From Marsupella aquatica (Eukaryota > Plantae > Marchantiophyta), in assembly GCA_973895155.1 (NCBI GenBank), contig OZ316893.1, positions 25,037,520-25,101,519 of the forward strand: DNA of 64,000 nt, given 5' to 3'. The notes beneath the pieces are model-generated. The model was given only the letters and a program-made list of their open reading frames with translations, had not been told where the DNA came from and did not search any database. A program made the position numbers and the translations under genes. This document shows positions 37,508 through 51,282 of the stretch, one piece after another. Position 1 is the first letter of the stretch. Each line of letters begins with the position of its first letter.

Positions 37508-37876
37508 ATGGCAAGAGGCTCACCAAATGTATGTCAGAGTAAGGGCCGGCTTGAGTTGTTGCTTGTGAGGAGGCTCCTACTTTTCTTAATGCTTCTACTA
37601 GGTACCCATAAGTCTGCACCCGCTGTTGTAAGAGCAACAGCAACAGCAGCTCCAGAATGTGATCAGCCGATGAACATCATGATCAATCTTCTCAGACCCT
37701 GTGTCCCCGCACTGCTTAATGTAGATGACCGTCCGTCATCGCTCTGCTGTCAGGATTTGGGACAAATCTCATATGGATGTTATTGCTTCATAGAGTCGTC
37801 GCTGCCAGTCATGGGTGTCACTGTTGCTGATGCAGAACGAGTGGCAACGTATTGTCAAAAGCAACACCGGTGCTAA
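37508..37876 (+). CDS. Non-specific lipid-transfer protein / prolamin-superfamily 8-Cys protein
   Basis: Hydrophobic signal-like segment followed by C-Xn-C-Xn-CC-Xn-CYC-Xn-C-Xn-C (ECDQ...RPC...PSSLCC...GCYC...TYCQKQHRC). Confidence 0.85.
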   Translation: MARGSPNVCQSKGRLELLLVRRLLLFLMLLLGTHKSAPAVVRATATAAPECDQPMNIMINLLRPCVPALLNVDDRPSSLCCQDLGQISYGCYCFIESSLPVMGVTVADAERVATYCQKQHRC

Positions 37877-38934
37877 GGGAGAAGGTTCTCAACCTTCCAG
37901 CCCGATGCCTGATGGTGAGTCTGAATTAACGAAATTGAAGTCGATGGTGCGCCACATCGGCCAAGGGACGAACATTGCAGGCAAATGATTTAAAATTTCG
38001 CTGCACCGTGGCACATGCAACAGAAAGAGGTAGTAAGACCAGGAGCTGATCAAAAGTCAGATCTGAGCCTCGTATCATAACTAAATGTCTGTATAACTTA
38101 CCAAGTGGTTTCTTAGTGTGTGATTAAAGTGCATCCACAAATGGATTTGCGCTTGTCGGAAGGTGTTGGTGAGCATACGTCGGGGTTGACCCAAAACCAA
38201 ATTGGAATTGGCAGGATGACAAACTTACTGAGGATGAGCCCTAGAAGTCCCTCAAGTTCTCAGCCTCGTCATTCAAATGTGGGGATTCATTCCAAATTTT
38301 GGATACAGCTTGGTTTCTTGCAAAAAGGAAGCTGAGAGTAGAAGCATTCATCACATCCCACAATAGCGAGGAATGTTTTTAATGCCAAGCTGATGTCATT
38401 GAATATGTTTGATCCACAGCATCACCGACATCGACTCTCTTGATTGTCAGAAAACAGTCACCCCTGACTAATAAGAGAAGTGCGTAGTGTCTCCTCGTAC
38501 CGTTCAAAAGTGCCCCTCTCAATGCATACATCCGGCCTTTCCCATCTGAACCACACCTCTATTGGTTCACAGGAACTTTCTTGGAGGTTGCTGCTCATGG
38601 TGTTTTACGATCAGTCTTGGAAGTGGATGGGGAAGTGGTAGACCGCGCGAAATCAGCACAGCTTATGCATGCCACAAGAGTTGTACGTTCCAACATGCTG
38701 ATTGGAAACAGAAGTCCCACATTACTTAGTCAACCTAGGAGAAAATCAATCGGAAGATCGTGCAGATTAATTCTCATTCTCACCAGACATAACAGCCCAA
38801 TCGTCTCGAAAGTGTCACTTTGAATTCGCAATTAACTCGACATCATCACTTTAAGACAAGCACGTTTACACAGATACCACCCGATCGCCTACTAGGTAAT
38901 TGCTGAAATTATCCATCTTGGCAGGGTACCTTAC

Positions 38935-39158
38935 AATTGAGTTCATTGGGTCCCAGCCGACTTTGCTTTCTAGTCGAATCACATCTCCGGTTGGCACAGA
39001 TTATCTTACTAGGTTTTTGTTCCAAAGTACTTTTCAATTTAAAATTGAGTTCATTGGGTCCCAGCCGACTTTGCTTCCATGATTCTAGTCCAATCACATC
39101 TCCGGTTGGCACAGATTATGTTGCTAGGCTTTTGTTCCACAGTACTTTTTCAATTTAA
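38935..39158. repeat. 108-bp tandem duplication
   Basis: AATTGAGTTCATTGGGTCCCAGCCGACTTTGC occurs at 38935 and 39043. Confidence 0.9.
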
Positions 39159-39706
39159 CTTGGCTCAGGAAGGATGCAACTGGACTTTGTCGTGATTTTT
39201 TGGCCACAAGACAGCCATTGGTTGCCTAGACTTTTTTAGTCACGAAGAGGTGAGTCCCCCCGGAAGAATAGTTTGTTCATCATTGTAAGAGTGAGGCACG
39301 CCCCAACACAACATCGGATACCCTTTGACACAAAGCGCGTACAGTCAGAATAATGCCCTGAAGAAATTTCACGTAAGCATTGAGGTACCTCCCCTGTCAG
39401 TGTATAAGTACATGGATGGTCCGCGCAGCGTATATGTTATGACTACCAAAGCGACCATTTCTATATGTAGTGAATCCAACCATATGGAACTGCAAATCGA
39501 GTCATGGTCACGAGTGCTTCAAAATTTGGTTTAGCCCTTTCTTCCTCGTAAATTGTGCAGGTATCACAAACTGTCCCCTTAATCGGGAGCATCTGATATC
39601 TCCACAACTTAAAAAAGAAGGAATGAACCCAATCTTATGGAGTGTATGACTAGAACTTGCTCCTTCTACTGCTCACATTCGCTGACCGTCTTGTTAAATG
39701 GTGGTC

Positions 39707-40306
39707 ACCGGCGTTCATAAATGGGAGGTGGTTGAACTAACAGCGAAGAACATGGAGTTCAGGGTTCTAAGTTTCCACGTTCTTAGCCGTCAGTGCAGTA
39801 CTCCCCTCGATGAATCAACTGCATCCCTCCATCACACCACCGCTTTACCTTCCTTACTTCTCGCATGTGCATCGTCTCGGTGTAGACTTAGCCGTTCAAT
39901 AGCAGCCTCCATTTGGGCAAGCTTCACCTTGCACGGCACGGTTCGTTCCTGTTCGCTCTCTATGACTTATGGTTGTAATCCACCTGCACTTTTGTCTTGC
40001 CCAGTTACCGGCGTTCATAAATGGGAGGTCGTTGAACTAACAGCGACGAACATGGAGTTCAGGGTTCTAAGTTTCCACGTTCTTAGCCGTCAGTCCAGTA
40101 CTCCCCTCGATCAATCAACTGCATCCCTCCATCACACCACCGCTTTACCTCCCTTACTTCTGGCATGTGCATCGTCTCGGTGTAGACTTAGCCGTTCAAT
40201 ATCAGCCTCCATTTGGGCAAGCTTCACCTTCCACGGCACGGTTCGTTCCTGCTCGCTCTCTATGACTTATGGTTGTAATCCACCTGGGCTTTTGTCTTGC
40301 CCAGTT
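39707..40306. repeat. 300-bp tandem duplication, near identical
   Basis: ACCGGCGTTCATAAATGGGAGG occurs at 39707 and 40007, and the two copies differ by few substitutions. Confidence 0.95.
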
Positions 40307-40992
40307 AGAGCAATCAACGTTCCCTGCGAAGAAACGCGAGAAACTGCACCTGTTTATATATGACCAGAACTCATTAAAACAACGCAACTATCGAATTTAC
40401 GTTTTCGAGGCTGAGATCATACCCTATAGACGACAGGAACGAGAGGCATCCATCAGTGTAACTATGACAATTCAGCCCATCATTAGCATGGGCCCATGCA
40501 AACGCATAGCCCACGATCTGGTCTTTTGTTGTCTTCATCCGGATGCTTCCTTGTTTGTCAAGACACTTCAAGGGATGCTAATAGTCATGGAAATCTAAAA
40601 CAACCATCGGGGAACTGGGCTAATACAATTATCATTTGGGATAACCACTGTTCCTCCTACAGCACTAAGGTATCAGGAGGATAAGCTGAATTAGAGTGCT
40701 GAGAAAAGCCCGTCATAAACATAGGAGTCATGTAAGTATGACGACCGCTGTCTAGCACATTCCTTGTCCTCATCCAAATATGCTACATTCTTGTCCCCAC
40801 TAGTCCAACAGCCTTGGTGTGGGACAGCGACCGTGACAAACAACTCTCTTTTCAAGAACGGAGGTTTGGAGTTTATGGCAAACCAAAACCTACCCGCAGT
40901 GCAGGGTGCAAGGTGCACATGCAAGCCCACTTTTAACAGAAATTCCACACCACATACATCCAACGACAATAACAACCTTCTAGATACACCAT

Positions 40993-41800
40993 TCCGACGA
41001 AGCCCTTCAAAATATATATCAAACTGCCAAAAAGCAGGGGGCGCTCCGACGAAGCCCTTCAAAATATATGTCAAACTGCCAAAAAGCAGGGGGTGCTGAA
41101 CCGGGAGACAGGATCCCACAGGCCAAAAACCCAATCAAGGGAAAACAAGAAAAAGGCCCAAAAGGCCACAAAGCCAAAAAGACCAGGCACAAGCCCAGCA
41201 CAAACCCAATCAAGGGAAAACAAAACACACTAACCTAAAGTCTACGCAGCCGCAAATTGAAGGGCCTGATAACGCTCAGTTGTGAACTGCGGAGGGTCAA
41301 ACAAGGGAATCCCACTAGATGCCCGGACTCCAACTGCCTCTCCTCTATGAAGGATAGTGAAGGCCCAAAAACTTCTGTCAATGGAAGCAAGATTGAGAAC
41401 ATCAAAGGGAAGTGACGAGAAAGACCTTTCCAGAACTCGGCCTAGTCAAATGAGCGCAAACTACACGAGATACATGAACCAAACGGAAAAGTAGTGGCAT
41501 CAGAGAAAGTCACCTGAGTGACAACGCCCTACAGTAAGGATCAGAGCACGCCGATAGCCTACCTGTCCAACAGTGACCGACAAGCAACCACAAACAAAAG
41601 GCAACCGCCACTTCCTTTTCCTTCCATCGATACCCTAAGCCGGCGGCAACATGCATGCCAATCATCCAGCTCAACGGGATGACGACTCCCAACTGCAAAT
41701 CATACAGCAGACCAAGCGAACAGGGCGACTCAAACTTTCTAGCGACAGTATCCAGAAGGTCATTTCAAGGAGCAGACGGGAAGACCCGTTGCTTAAGGTG
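40993..41800 (-). mobile_element. Possible degenerate LINE 3' end, including a 52-bp tandem duplication at 40993-41094
   Basis: The duplication TCCGACGAAGCCCTTCAAAATATAT.TCAAACTGCC is clear. LINE identity rests only on a T-rich 3'-UTR-like tract and decayed coding-like sequence. Confidence 0.3.
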
Positions 41801-42901
41801 GCTACAGATAGGACACGGCCCTTCGCCATATCCACAACTCTCCTTCTAGACCCACCGCCCACGCCATAGGATGGGCGTGCCGGAATTGAACAAAATCAAA
41901 ACCACACGATTCACCGCCCATCGTCTACCGCCCTGTCTCAGATTTACAACAAAGAATTGTCTCCAAGAGAGGCTCGATGACTCGATTGATTAGCGATGAT
42001 CGGAATTTCACGGCAGAAGCGTCCGTCCTAAGCAGAAAGAAAGAACGTTTCCTCGCTTCTTGTCAATCGATCACTCCAGGTGGGCGGCTGTCAAGGAGCA
42101 TGACCGAAACTCCGGAATGAAGGAAGTGGGTAATGAATGCAACTCGGTCTTCAAGTAATTACGAGCTTCACTGACGGCTACCGTGAGTCATGCATGAGAG
42201 TATGAGACGATGCAATCAAGCAATTCCTCACACCAAGCAACCAGAACGGATTATGAATACAATTCTACACAATGCAGTTGAAACCCTAAAAACGTGATCT
42301 ACAACTAATATAAAGGATTCAGCATTTTTTTACGTAGTCCCAATACAAAAAAAGCTCCTGGGCAAGAAAAATACACCATAGTTGGATTCCTTTGGCTGTT
42401 TTCCTGACCATTGAAAAAGTAAATGGGCACCCCTGGGGCATGTGTGCTTCCCCAAGCTGCCCCATAAATGCCCCTACCCGACTACCTATGGGCCGATCCT
42501 CCTTGCACCATGCAACGCACGGGCATAGGGTTCATTCCATGTATAATCCCAATTCGATCCTCGGATGTCCAAAATCCAAAACCCTAAAAAAGCTTTGAGA
42601 TGTGGACTTAAATGTGGATAAATACAGCTGTGTATAAGTTTGTTATGCAGGTCCGGTCATGTACACTAGTTCCTTAATATTACAACATATATTTTTTTTG
42701 TAAATGCACCAAAAAATGCACCTTTTGTCATGCAGGTGGATGTCACTAAATTACAAAGACATAGGCGCATTTCTGTCTATAAGAGTGCACATGCATTAGT
42801 CAATTACTGCAACACATATGCGGCACATGGTCGTTTCATGCACTTATCCAGTTGGATTGTGCAGTATGAGGATTCCGTGTATGAGGTGTTGCTTATGACC
42901 T

Positions 42902-42957
42902 TACTAGACACTTGCAGCAGTGCATAAGTGAAAATGCACTGCTGCAAGTGTCTAGTA
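42902..42957. repeat. Perfect 24-bp stem hairpin with 8-nt loop
   Basis: TACTAGACACTTGCAGCAGTGCAT-AAGTGAAA-ATGCACTGCTGCAAGTGTCTAGTA. Confidence 0.9.
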
Positions 42958-43082
42958 CTGGAAAGTGCAAATGTACATATGGAGACTTCATATTTGACAC
43001 CTCTGCACTTATGTCATAGTACATAACAGGCATAAGTGCAGGCTTGGGGTGTCTTTCCGGGAGCCTGCACTTAGACACAATA

Positions 43083-43582
43083 GACTGTGTACTCCATGGA
43101 CCCTAAATGAAAACTGTTATTTGACGGACCCCTGCAAGGAAAACTCTTTTGATGAACCCCATCTGGACAGTTTTTTTTAATAGTTTTTTTAATTTGAAAT
43201 TAAAGGGGGACAGTTCCCCATCCGGACAGTTGATATAACTCAAATCAACTTACCCAAAATCTCATGGGAAGCATGAGTCCATCAAGTAATACATTTCAAT
43301 TTTGGGGTCCATCAAACATATCTCTCAAAAAATACTCCGCCAAAAGTTGATATACCTAAAATCAATGTACCAAAAATCTCATGGGTCTCAAGAGTCCATC
43401 AAGTAATAACTCTCAATTTAATACTCTATGGTGCAGAAGAGTTTGATCATAAACTCCACATTTGACGTATTTGCTTGATGGACCCCAAAAATGGAAAATA
43501 TTACATGATGCGACCCCTACATTGTTGGGTAAGTTGACATCAACAGTCTGGATCACTCTGAGTCCCATCAAGTATATACCTC
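43083..43582. mobile_element. Cluster of MITE copies and fragments of the same family as 7150-7305
   Basis: Repeated GATGGACCC/GGGTCCATCAA, AAATCAATGTACC and CTCATGGG motifs, with one copy ending CATATCTCTC. Confidence 0.65.
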
Positions 43583-45062
43583 TTACCATTTGAACTGGTC
43601 ACCAAACCAAGTGGTCCATTCTTTAGACATCCAAGGTTTTGATAAACTGTCATTCCTTATCATACCCACCAAACATGTTAGATTCATTGACCGGTGCCCA
43701 AAAGTAACTACTACCTTGAAAAAAAGTGTTTTCCAATTCCTCTCCACGTTTAGCCATGTGAGCATTTTTTGGTCACAACCAGGGATGTCTATGTTGCAGC
43801 AATATACAAAAATGACCTCATGTGTTTGACTCAAGACCAGAATCACTTAGACCCCAACTTAGATCCATGAACGTAAACACATGTTTGTAACAACAACCAA
43901 CAGGGGTACAAAAATAATTGAATAAATAAACGGTAGAATATTTGAGATTGACAGATTGGATAAGATTTCGATGATTAACAATGATAGGGTGCACATTGAC
44001 CTTAAAATACTTCAAACTTGTCAAGTGTTCTTTTCAAATTGTATGGTGTTGTTTATGTGCAACTAGGGTACATCACATAAATCATTTTGAGATTTTACAT
44101 ATGTTTTCTGCCTTTTTTGTGAACTGGATCAACAATGTTCACCAAGACTATTGGATATACAGTCATATTGACACTTAAGATAATACACATCTAACGCGAA
44201 ATGGATGTATATATCCAAACCACCTGTCAATATGTCTGGATATCAAACGGATATAGAACCCACTTTAGTGATGTATGATTGTCACCATTTTGAGCTATAT
44301 CAGAAGAGGTTATAGCCATAACTTTCTAGTCTCAAGCCCATCTGGGCTAAGAGTTTTATTGGTGTTTCTTGGGGACCTACTAGCACTACAAATTTCAAGA
44401 CATGGATTTCCAAAAACTTTTCAATGACCCTCATCAAACCAATCAGATAAAACAGAAGAAAAAAATTAAAAATTGGGTGGGATTGGGGTAGTGAAAAGTG
44501 AATTAAACCAAATGCTAGTAGTTACCACAAACTATTTTAAAGATCCATTTGGATTCACACAGAATTAATGGAGGGCAGCTTGAATGGATCCAGAGTGAAA
44601 GGCTGTGTAAGGGGAAAATGCTAACAAGCAGCTTTCTTTTGCAACGTACTGACACCTTTACAAGTCAGTGCAAATATTGAATCATTCATCCCCTTGTCAA
44701 CCCCTAGTACTCTATTCTTGCAAAGGGGGCCTGCACAGAGGTTGCCAAAACAGAGTTAAGGGGCAAAAGGGGTGAATGGAAATCAACACCTCGCCATCTT
44801 TTTGGTCACTATGATAAATGGTGGAGGATGATATCAGTTACATTTATCCACACTGAACTAAGTGCACAGGTCCAGCTAGCGTTCTTGAGGTCAAGCTATT
44901 CAGTAAAAGCACATGTCTTATTGCAATACTTGATTTTTCATGGCTTTGGCAGCCCCCACTAACTGAAAACATAGCTGCAGCTGCCAATTAAGAAAAAAAA
45001 AACATGTTTGTATTGTTTCCAAGCATTAGTGGTTAAATTGTCTCAATCTATTAAATACAAAA

Positions 45063-48000
45063 TCATTGTGAATGTTTTAAGAAGTGGGGGGGGGGGGGAG
45101 GTGTTGCAGCTTGAAATCCAAAGGGATCTGGCCATTTCCAGGGTTCTTTTGGTAAAGATCCAGAATTCTTTGGAACATTAAGGGCCATCTGACTTTGGTC
45201 CATGTCACAAGAACAAAGGCAACCTGTGAAATGAAAGACAATATGTGAGCACCAATTGCCACTTAATATTTGAAATGAACATGAGAAAATATCCAGGGCT
45301 TGTCTCTAGTCTAGTAACCCAAAATAAATTTGGAGATCTGCTTAGTGCCTTCACAGAGAGTGTTGTCAACCCATGCCAAATTTTAGTTTGGTGTCATGAA
45401 GAGTGTTTCCACACCAGAGATTATATCATATTGAGAGTCCTCCAACTACTTTGTATTCTTTAAAGTGCACGAAACCCATAATTATGGATTGTTCAAAACT
45501 ATTTAGAATTCCCTACTGTTATTGACCTACCTTTGCCCTGAACCCAGTGATGGGTTTAAGAGCTTCCCATAACGCAACCTAACATATTATTCTCCTGATT
45601 TAGTTTGTTAAGTTTTAAGTGAATGCATGGACTGAAAGTCAGTGTTTACATGAAGATACTTGGAATATTCTGAGAATGTCTCTCAGGAAATACTTAGTCA
45701 CGTTTCACAACCACTCTCATATATTTTGTCAGTCAGGTACAAAATTTTAATAATATAATGGCACTAAGGTAGTACAAGACACATTCTAAAACCCCAAGTA
45801 AAGTAAGTGATTGCTCAAAGGTCCATTTTGGTCCTTACAAATGTAATTCTGTCTTCAAAAGACACTAGAATGGAGGATTTTCAAACTAGCCCTAACTGCC
45901 TGTTCTTTGAATGTGAATAGAGGACAGGACAATAGAAATGTCAACAAATTATATTCTCTATTCACCTTATTTGAGGGTTGTAATGAAATGACAGAAAAGA
46001 ACATCATGCATGTCATCATGTTAACAATCATACATATCATACTATCCTCCTTTCTATGAACATATAGTATGGTGGGGCCCTAGAGTCATAACCTAGAGAC
46101 TTCACTCTGGAAGCCTAGACCTCAACTCTAGCTTCCCTTCTCGCTTTATAAGTAAGATACAAATGACAATGATTGTTAAACAAATCTCATGCAATTCAAC
46201 TTTTTGTCTGTTAGTATTTGAGTCCTTGAGAATAGAAGGATACAGAAAAATCAGTGTTTTGTGCTGGAGTTGTGGGAAGTGGGATGGCACTACAATATGT
46301 GCCACAACTTGGCCCAAGGGACATATTTTCATCTGGATCAGTTCAACTTTCCTTACCATTCATATCATGTGCATTTGGATCAATTGAAACTGCTGCAATG
46401 TCCACCGCTTCTGGTGGGTTGGTGCAAGAACACTCACAAGGACAATAAGTCTCACAAGCCTCACTTTCTTCTCCACATACCTCAGAAGTACTGGCTGTGT
46501 CTTTCGAAGCATTTTCCAACATTCTTTCTACATAGACCCCAGGACCACCTGAAAATAATTTCTCCAAGAGCCATGTCATTCACATATTATATGCACCCAT
46601 ATTATATACCTGCCACTTTTGTAAATTCAAGCTTGAATTGAGTCGAGGAAAGCACCATTGCGGAGTATGGTTGTCACGTTGAGTAATCTCAGGCCAAACA
46701 AGCAATTAGATTTATTTGTATTTCTAGCAGGGAAGCTAGCTGAATGAGCCTAGATGTTGGTTTTCAACTTTTGGGGGAAGAACTTATTACTATCTAGGCA
46801 CTATGACAACCACTTAAAATAATGAAGTTTTTTTTGTTGTGTCACAGCAGTGTATGGAGTCTTGAGTTTAATGGCATTCAACGCTCATGACCATCAATCT
46901 AATGATCTGACAAAACATATCAAATGAACTGCAAAATGTACAGGTTCATATTGTTATCAATCTAAGTACTCATGCAAGCGACTTTTTGCATAGGTGTCCT
47001 TGACAAATCTGTCCTAAATGCTAACAGGAGAACTTCTCCATTCAAACCATTCCCCATTCCCTACGAGCAATATTAATTTGCACCTACTTGTGCACTTGCA
47101 ATACTCATTTTGTATCCTAACTACATAAGTTTTGTAAGGAATATTCTACTTTTATGGGAGCATACAAACTACCCAGCTCTCTCAACAGTATATCTCCCTA
47201 GATCAACATTTGAGATGGCTTGTTGTTTATGCTATCTCATTGTTAGCAAATCCATAGACTCATTTTGAACTCATACGAGTCTATTTGTTGTACAACCATC
47301 CTACATGGTGACCTCTAGCCTTTTTACCATGACCAGGGGGTGTCTTCCATTCCCAAGCACCCACCAGGTTTGTGGCCAGGAGCAAGCAAATTGAAGTGCT
47401 TGTATGCCAGTTTGGGTTTCATTCCAGCTTGCTTCAACTCAAATTCATTCACAACCAAGGCTCTACTATCGGCATAATCAACAAACTCTCTAGAAGTTTT
47501 AGGATTGGCCGGTAAGGGACGAAGTATCCGAGTAACCTTTCCATATGATTTTCCATATATGTGCTGCACACAATACCACGTAAGAGTACATGTTATTCTC
47601 ATTAATTCTATTTTTCAACCCAAAACCTTCACACTAATGACACCCACAGTGTATCTCAGTTTCAGTACCAACAGTAGTGTCTTGCATTTTATTTCATTGG
47701 GTGAAGAAAAGAATGGTGAAAATGGTTTTTAATGCTTCATACATTAAGTACAGTCACCCTGGTCTGTCCCAGTCTGTCCATTCAGTAAAAGGACACTCTC
47801 AAATTCTGACATGTGAGCAAAATGGGTAGTTCTTATGTTTAATAAATCCATGGCCTGGATTCATCATTTCTCAAGATGTGTCTAAAATGCAAGAAGGAAA
47901 CTAAGTTTGAAACTGGCGTAGGTTTCTTCTTCACCAAAGACAACAGATAATTCCCCAGATCCTTCTTGGCCAAAGACACCACAGAATTACTTCCTACAAA

Positions 48001-49736
48001 CTTAAAATGCCTTGATTTCTTAGCTCTTACTCAAGCAAAAGTTTATATACTTCTTATTCATCCAACTACTGATTTGGATGCATTACTGTTTTGTTCCACC
48101 TCTAAAAGTTAGCGCAAATTCTCATTGTGGTACCTGCTTTGCATGAGTATGCCCGCTATAACCTTTGATGTGGTGTCTTGCTTCTGCAACCTCAAGGACA
48201 TCATCTTTCAATTTCTCAAATGTTCTTCGAGTACAAATCTTTCTGTCCTTATATGGAGGATCTGGTATGGACATGTGTGGAGCGCAAGTTGTAACCCCTG
48301 TAGGTGTAGTTCCTATACAAGTCCTACAAAAAAAGACCCCTACAAAATTAGATCTAGTGCTTCAATGATCTGACTATCTAGAACACAAATTATCAGTGGA
48401 TGTTCCACAAGCTACAAATTCAGAATTGTGTGGATTTTGCGACCTCAAATGTCTCAGTTATTATGTTCCCAGTGATCTTGTCCATTTTTTTTTGCCTCAA
48501 CTTGTTATGACTGAGTTCTTTTACAAGGTTTCCCTTTTTTAGACATTCCCTCAAGAGTTTCTTGAAAACTTGGTTAGTAGAGCCTGTTTCAGAATGGGGA
48601 AAAAATATAGAGTGTGTTAGACAACTTCAGCTCCAAAAACTCAGACAAAATAGCTTGTAAATAGTATAAGTTCAACTGGTACTTCACTAACTTCTTAAAT
48701 GCATGCAAACGTAAAATGGTGCCCCAAAAAGAGTTTCTTGATATAGAAAGACCACTAGTTTAATGCAAATGGCACTCTGATCGTTGTTAAAGCACATGCA
48801 TCAACTTGCCATTGTGATTTGAAGTGAGTGTCATTGGGATGAACTTTCAATACCAAGAATGACATACCGCCTACTGGGTTCTGTAGGACCGTCAAATGAT
48901 AACGTAGTGACATTTAGTTTTGACACATGTGGTCTGAGCTAGATAAAGCTCATTAATTCTAGGATTAATGTACAATTATGGAGTATTTGTATTTAAAAGT
49001 CCCCATGTGGTGCAAAGATCGAAAGTGAATTGTACGCTTCTATTCATGCTTCCATCTCTCTCATTTGGGCAGCTCGATCCCTCACACACAGAAACCAAAG
49101 GCAATTCAACGCCTTGTTTGAGAGACAGTGAAATGGTACTAGGTAGAGTTATTTGTGCATTACTTCATTTTTCGGATATCCATGAGACCAGATGTTGCGT
49201 CCATATCTGGAGGTAGATCTCTTTTGCTGCATATCCATTTAATGGCCTTTGGAGGTTGTTCAAGTGCTGCTCTAGAAAGCTGGGCATAGAAGAAGTTTCT
49301 ATCTTGTGGTCGAGACTCAACTGTCTGAAGAACTCCAAACACAACAACATATTTGGAAAGATCAAAGATGCGTTCAAAATGGGAGGACCTACAAATGCAG
49401 GTGGTGTGTGTTCTGTCCCATGGGAGAGGTTTGTTGCTGTTATGATGCCATGAGGATCATTGGAACAATTAGCTTTACAATGAGATTCAAGATGATCTAT
49501 TGAGAGGCCAAACTACACAATCAACTAATCGGGGTAACATAAAAGTGAAACGTCAAAATGAAACTGATCCATACCAGCTCAATGGCTTTTGAATATTCTT
49601 TGTGACGAAGGGAGTCGGTGCAAGCAACTGCTCTTCTGGTGGAATCACCATAACTATGGCCAATCAGATGATTACGCATTGCAGGGATGTAACCCGTGTA
49701 GCCCGGTGTGGCTGGCTCCTTGCCAAGTTTGGCCAT
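45063..49736 (-). CDS. FAM166/CIMIP2-like ciliary microtubule inner protein. Clearer exons: 49736-49575, 49324-~49164, 48297-48134, 47563-~47365. Probable further exons: ~46548-46356, ~45222-45063.
   Basis: Two repeats, PGYTGYIPAMRNHLIGHSYGDSTR and KGYSGHTHAKQ|HIYGKSYGKVTR, each followed by an ESRP/DSRA-like motif. GT-AG junctions are present, but some internal splice phases are unresolved. Confidence 0.7.
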
Positions 49737-51282
49737 AGTCTTCTGACGGAACGTCATTTTTCTAGATTTGAGAGAACACTGCCCTAGGCAAAAGGTTGAT
49801 CTTGAGTTGGACAATATTGGCAATTGAACAATTACCCAAGATCTGACGAGGACAGCTGATGAAAAGGAAAGATGAATTCTAACTTTGAGCTTCTGGAAGA
49901 GGCTGTTTGGCAGGAGAAAATTGTGTCAAACTTCTCTCGTCAATGAACCCATGTATCATTTTCCATTATTCCACTCAGCTTCTTGCCAATTCATGTGTTG
50001 GAGGACTTGGTCAAATGTGTCAAATGAGCCTTCTACTCTGCTATGTACGTTCATCATTTGACTTCTACTTGCATAAGATATGCTGTGTCTCCTGGTATCA
50101 CAATTCAATCTGCAAGCATTCATTTCAATTATGGCAATCAGAATATTGTTACTTCTTATTAGTGATTTGCTTTGGACAGTATGGAAGAAAGGTGAGCATT
50201 TGTCACTTTTCAGTCACAAAGAGAAATGCCAGAACCTCCAAGCAGCCCCTAGATATTGCTCTTTCTAACATTCATAACATCACAACATCCAGAATTGTAT
50301 TTAAGAACCGAATTCCACCAATAATTCACATTTTGCACAATAGTTCTTAAAATTTATAATCTATCAAGTGTCCATAAATCACTAAGACTAAACATGCAAG
50401 AGATGCAAGATCTGTTCAATCCTATCTGCATGATTTTGAGAGGGAATGGCAATGCTCTGATGTAGAAACAGATTTGACCAGACCTAGATATATGAGCTTC
50501 TTTTTGTGTGTTTCAGAACATGCTCTGTTATTGTCAAAAGTGTGATAATTTCTGCTCATCATAGACCAAAAAGGAAAACGATGTTCTTGATTTAAATTAG
50601 ACTACCCTACACATAGACATCGTAGACTAATATTATACGACCTATGTTTTGAGGACATTTAGAACATCATTTTGTGATTTAACAGCATGCTTGTAACCTT
50701 CAAAAGCTAAACCAAACCCTTAGAGTTCATCTCCAAGGGACACTAGTACAAATTAAAACCCACCATATCCTGACCTGCCAGACTATGACAGGGCTGACAA
50801 TGAAACAGATGGTAGTCACTACTCTTGATACAAATTAGACGACCCAAAACAGAGATTCATATACCTAAATGTGGAATCTACAATGCTAGCTCGTGAATCA
50901 GGTGAGAAAGCACAATTCCACCAATGACACAGATCCATTTGTAAATTGAATGGCAGCTAATTGAAGGTATACATACATGCAGCTGTCATTGTAGTTGATT
51001 CAGGATATATGATACGTAGAAGCAAGGGTTTCATGTAAGGAACAAGAAGAGGCATACAACAAATCGATGATCTAGTTTGAAAAAGAGAGGGTTACATTTT
51101 CATGGAAGCAAAAGGGAAAAAAGGGCAAACCAAAAATCGTGATCATACACACTACTTTGCAATATAGCAAGCACCAAACCCAAAAGTTGACCCCACGTTG
51201 CTGTAGGTGGAATATGACTCAAATCATCTCCATTCACAAGGTTGTCAACATGGTCCAAATTCATTTGCTCACAATATCCAAA

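Noticed and set aside
39698-40363. 221-aa repeat protein ORF
   Set aside because: It arises from an in-frame 300-bp duplication and has no recognisable domain.
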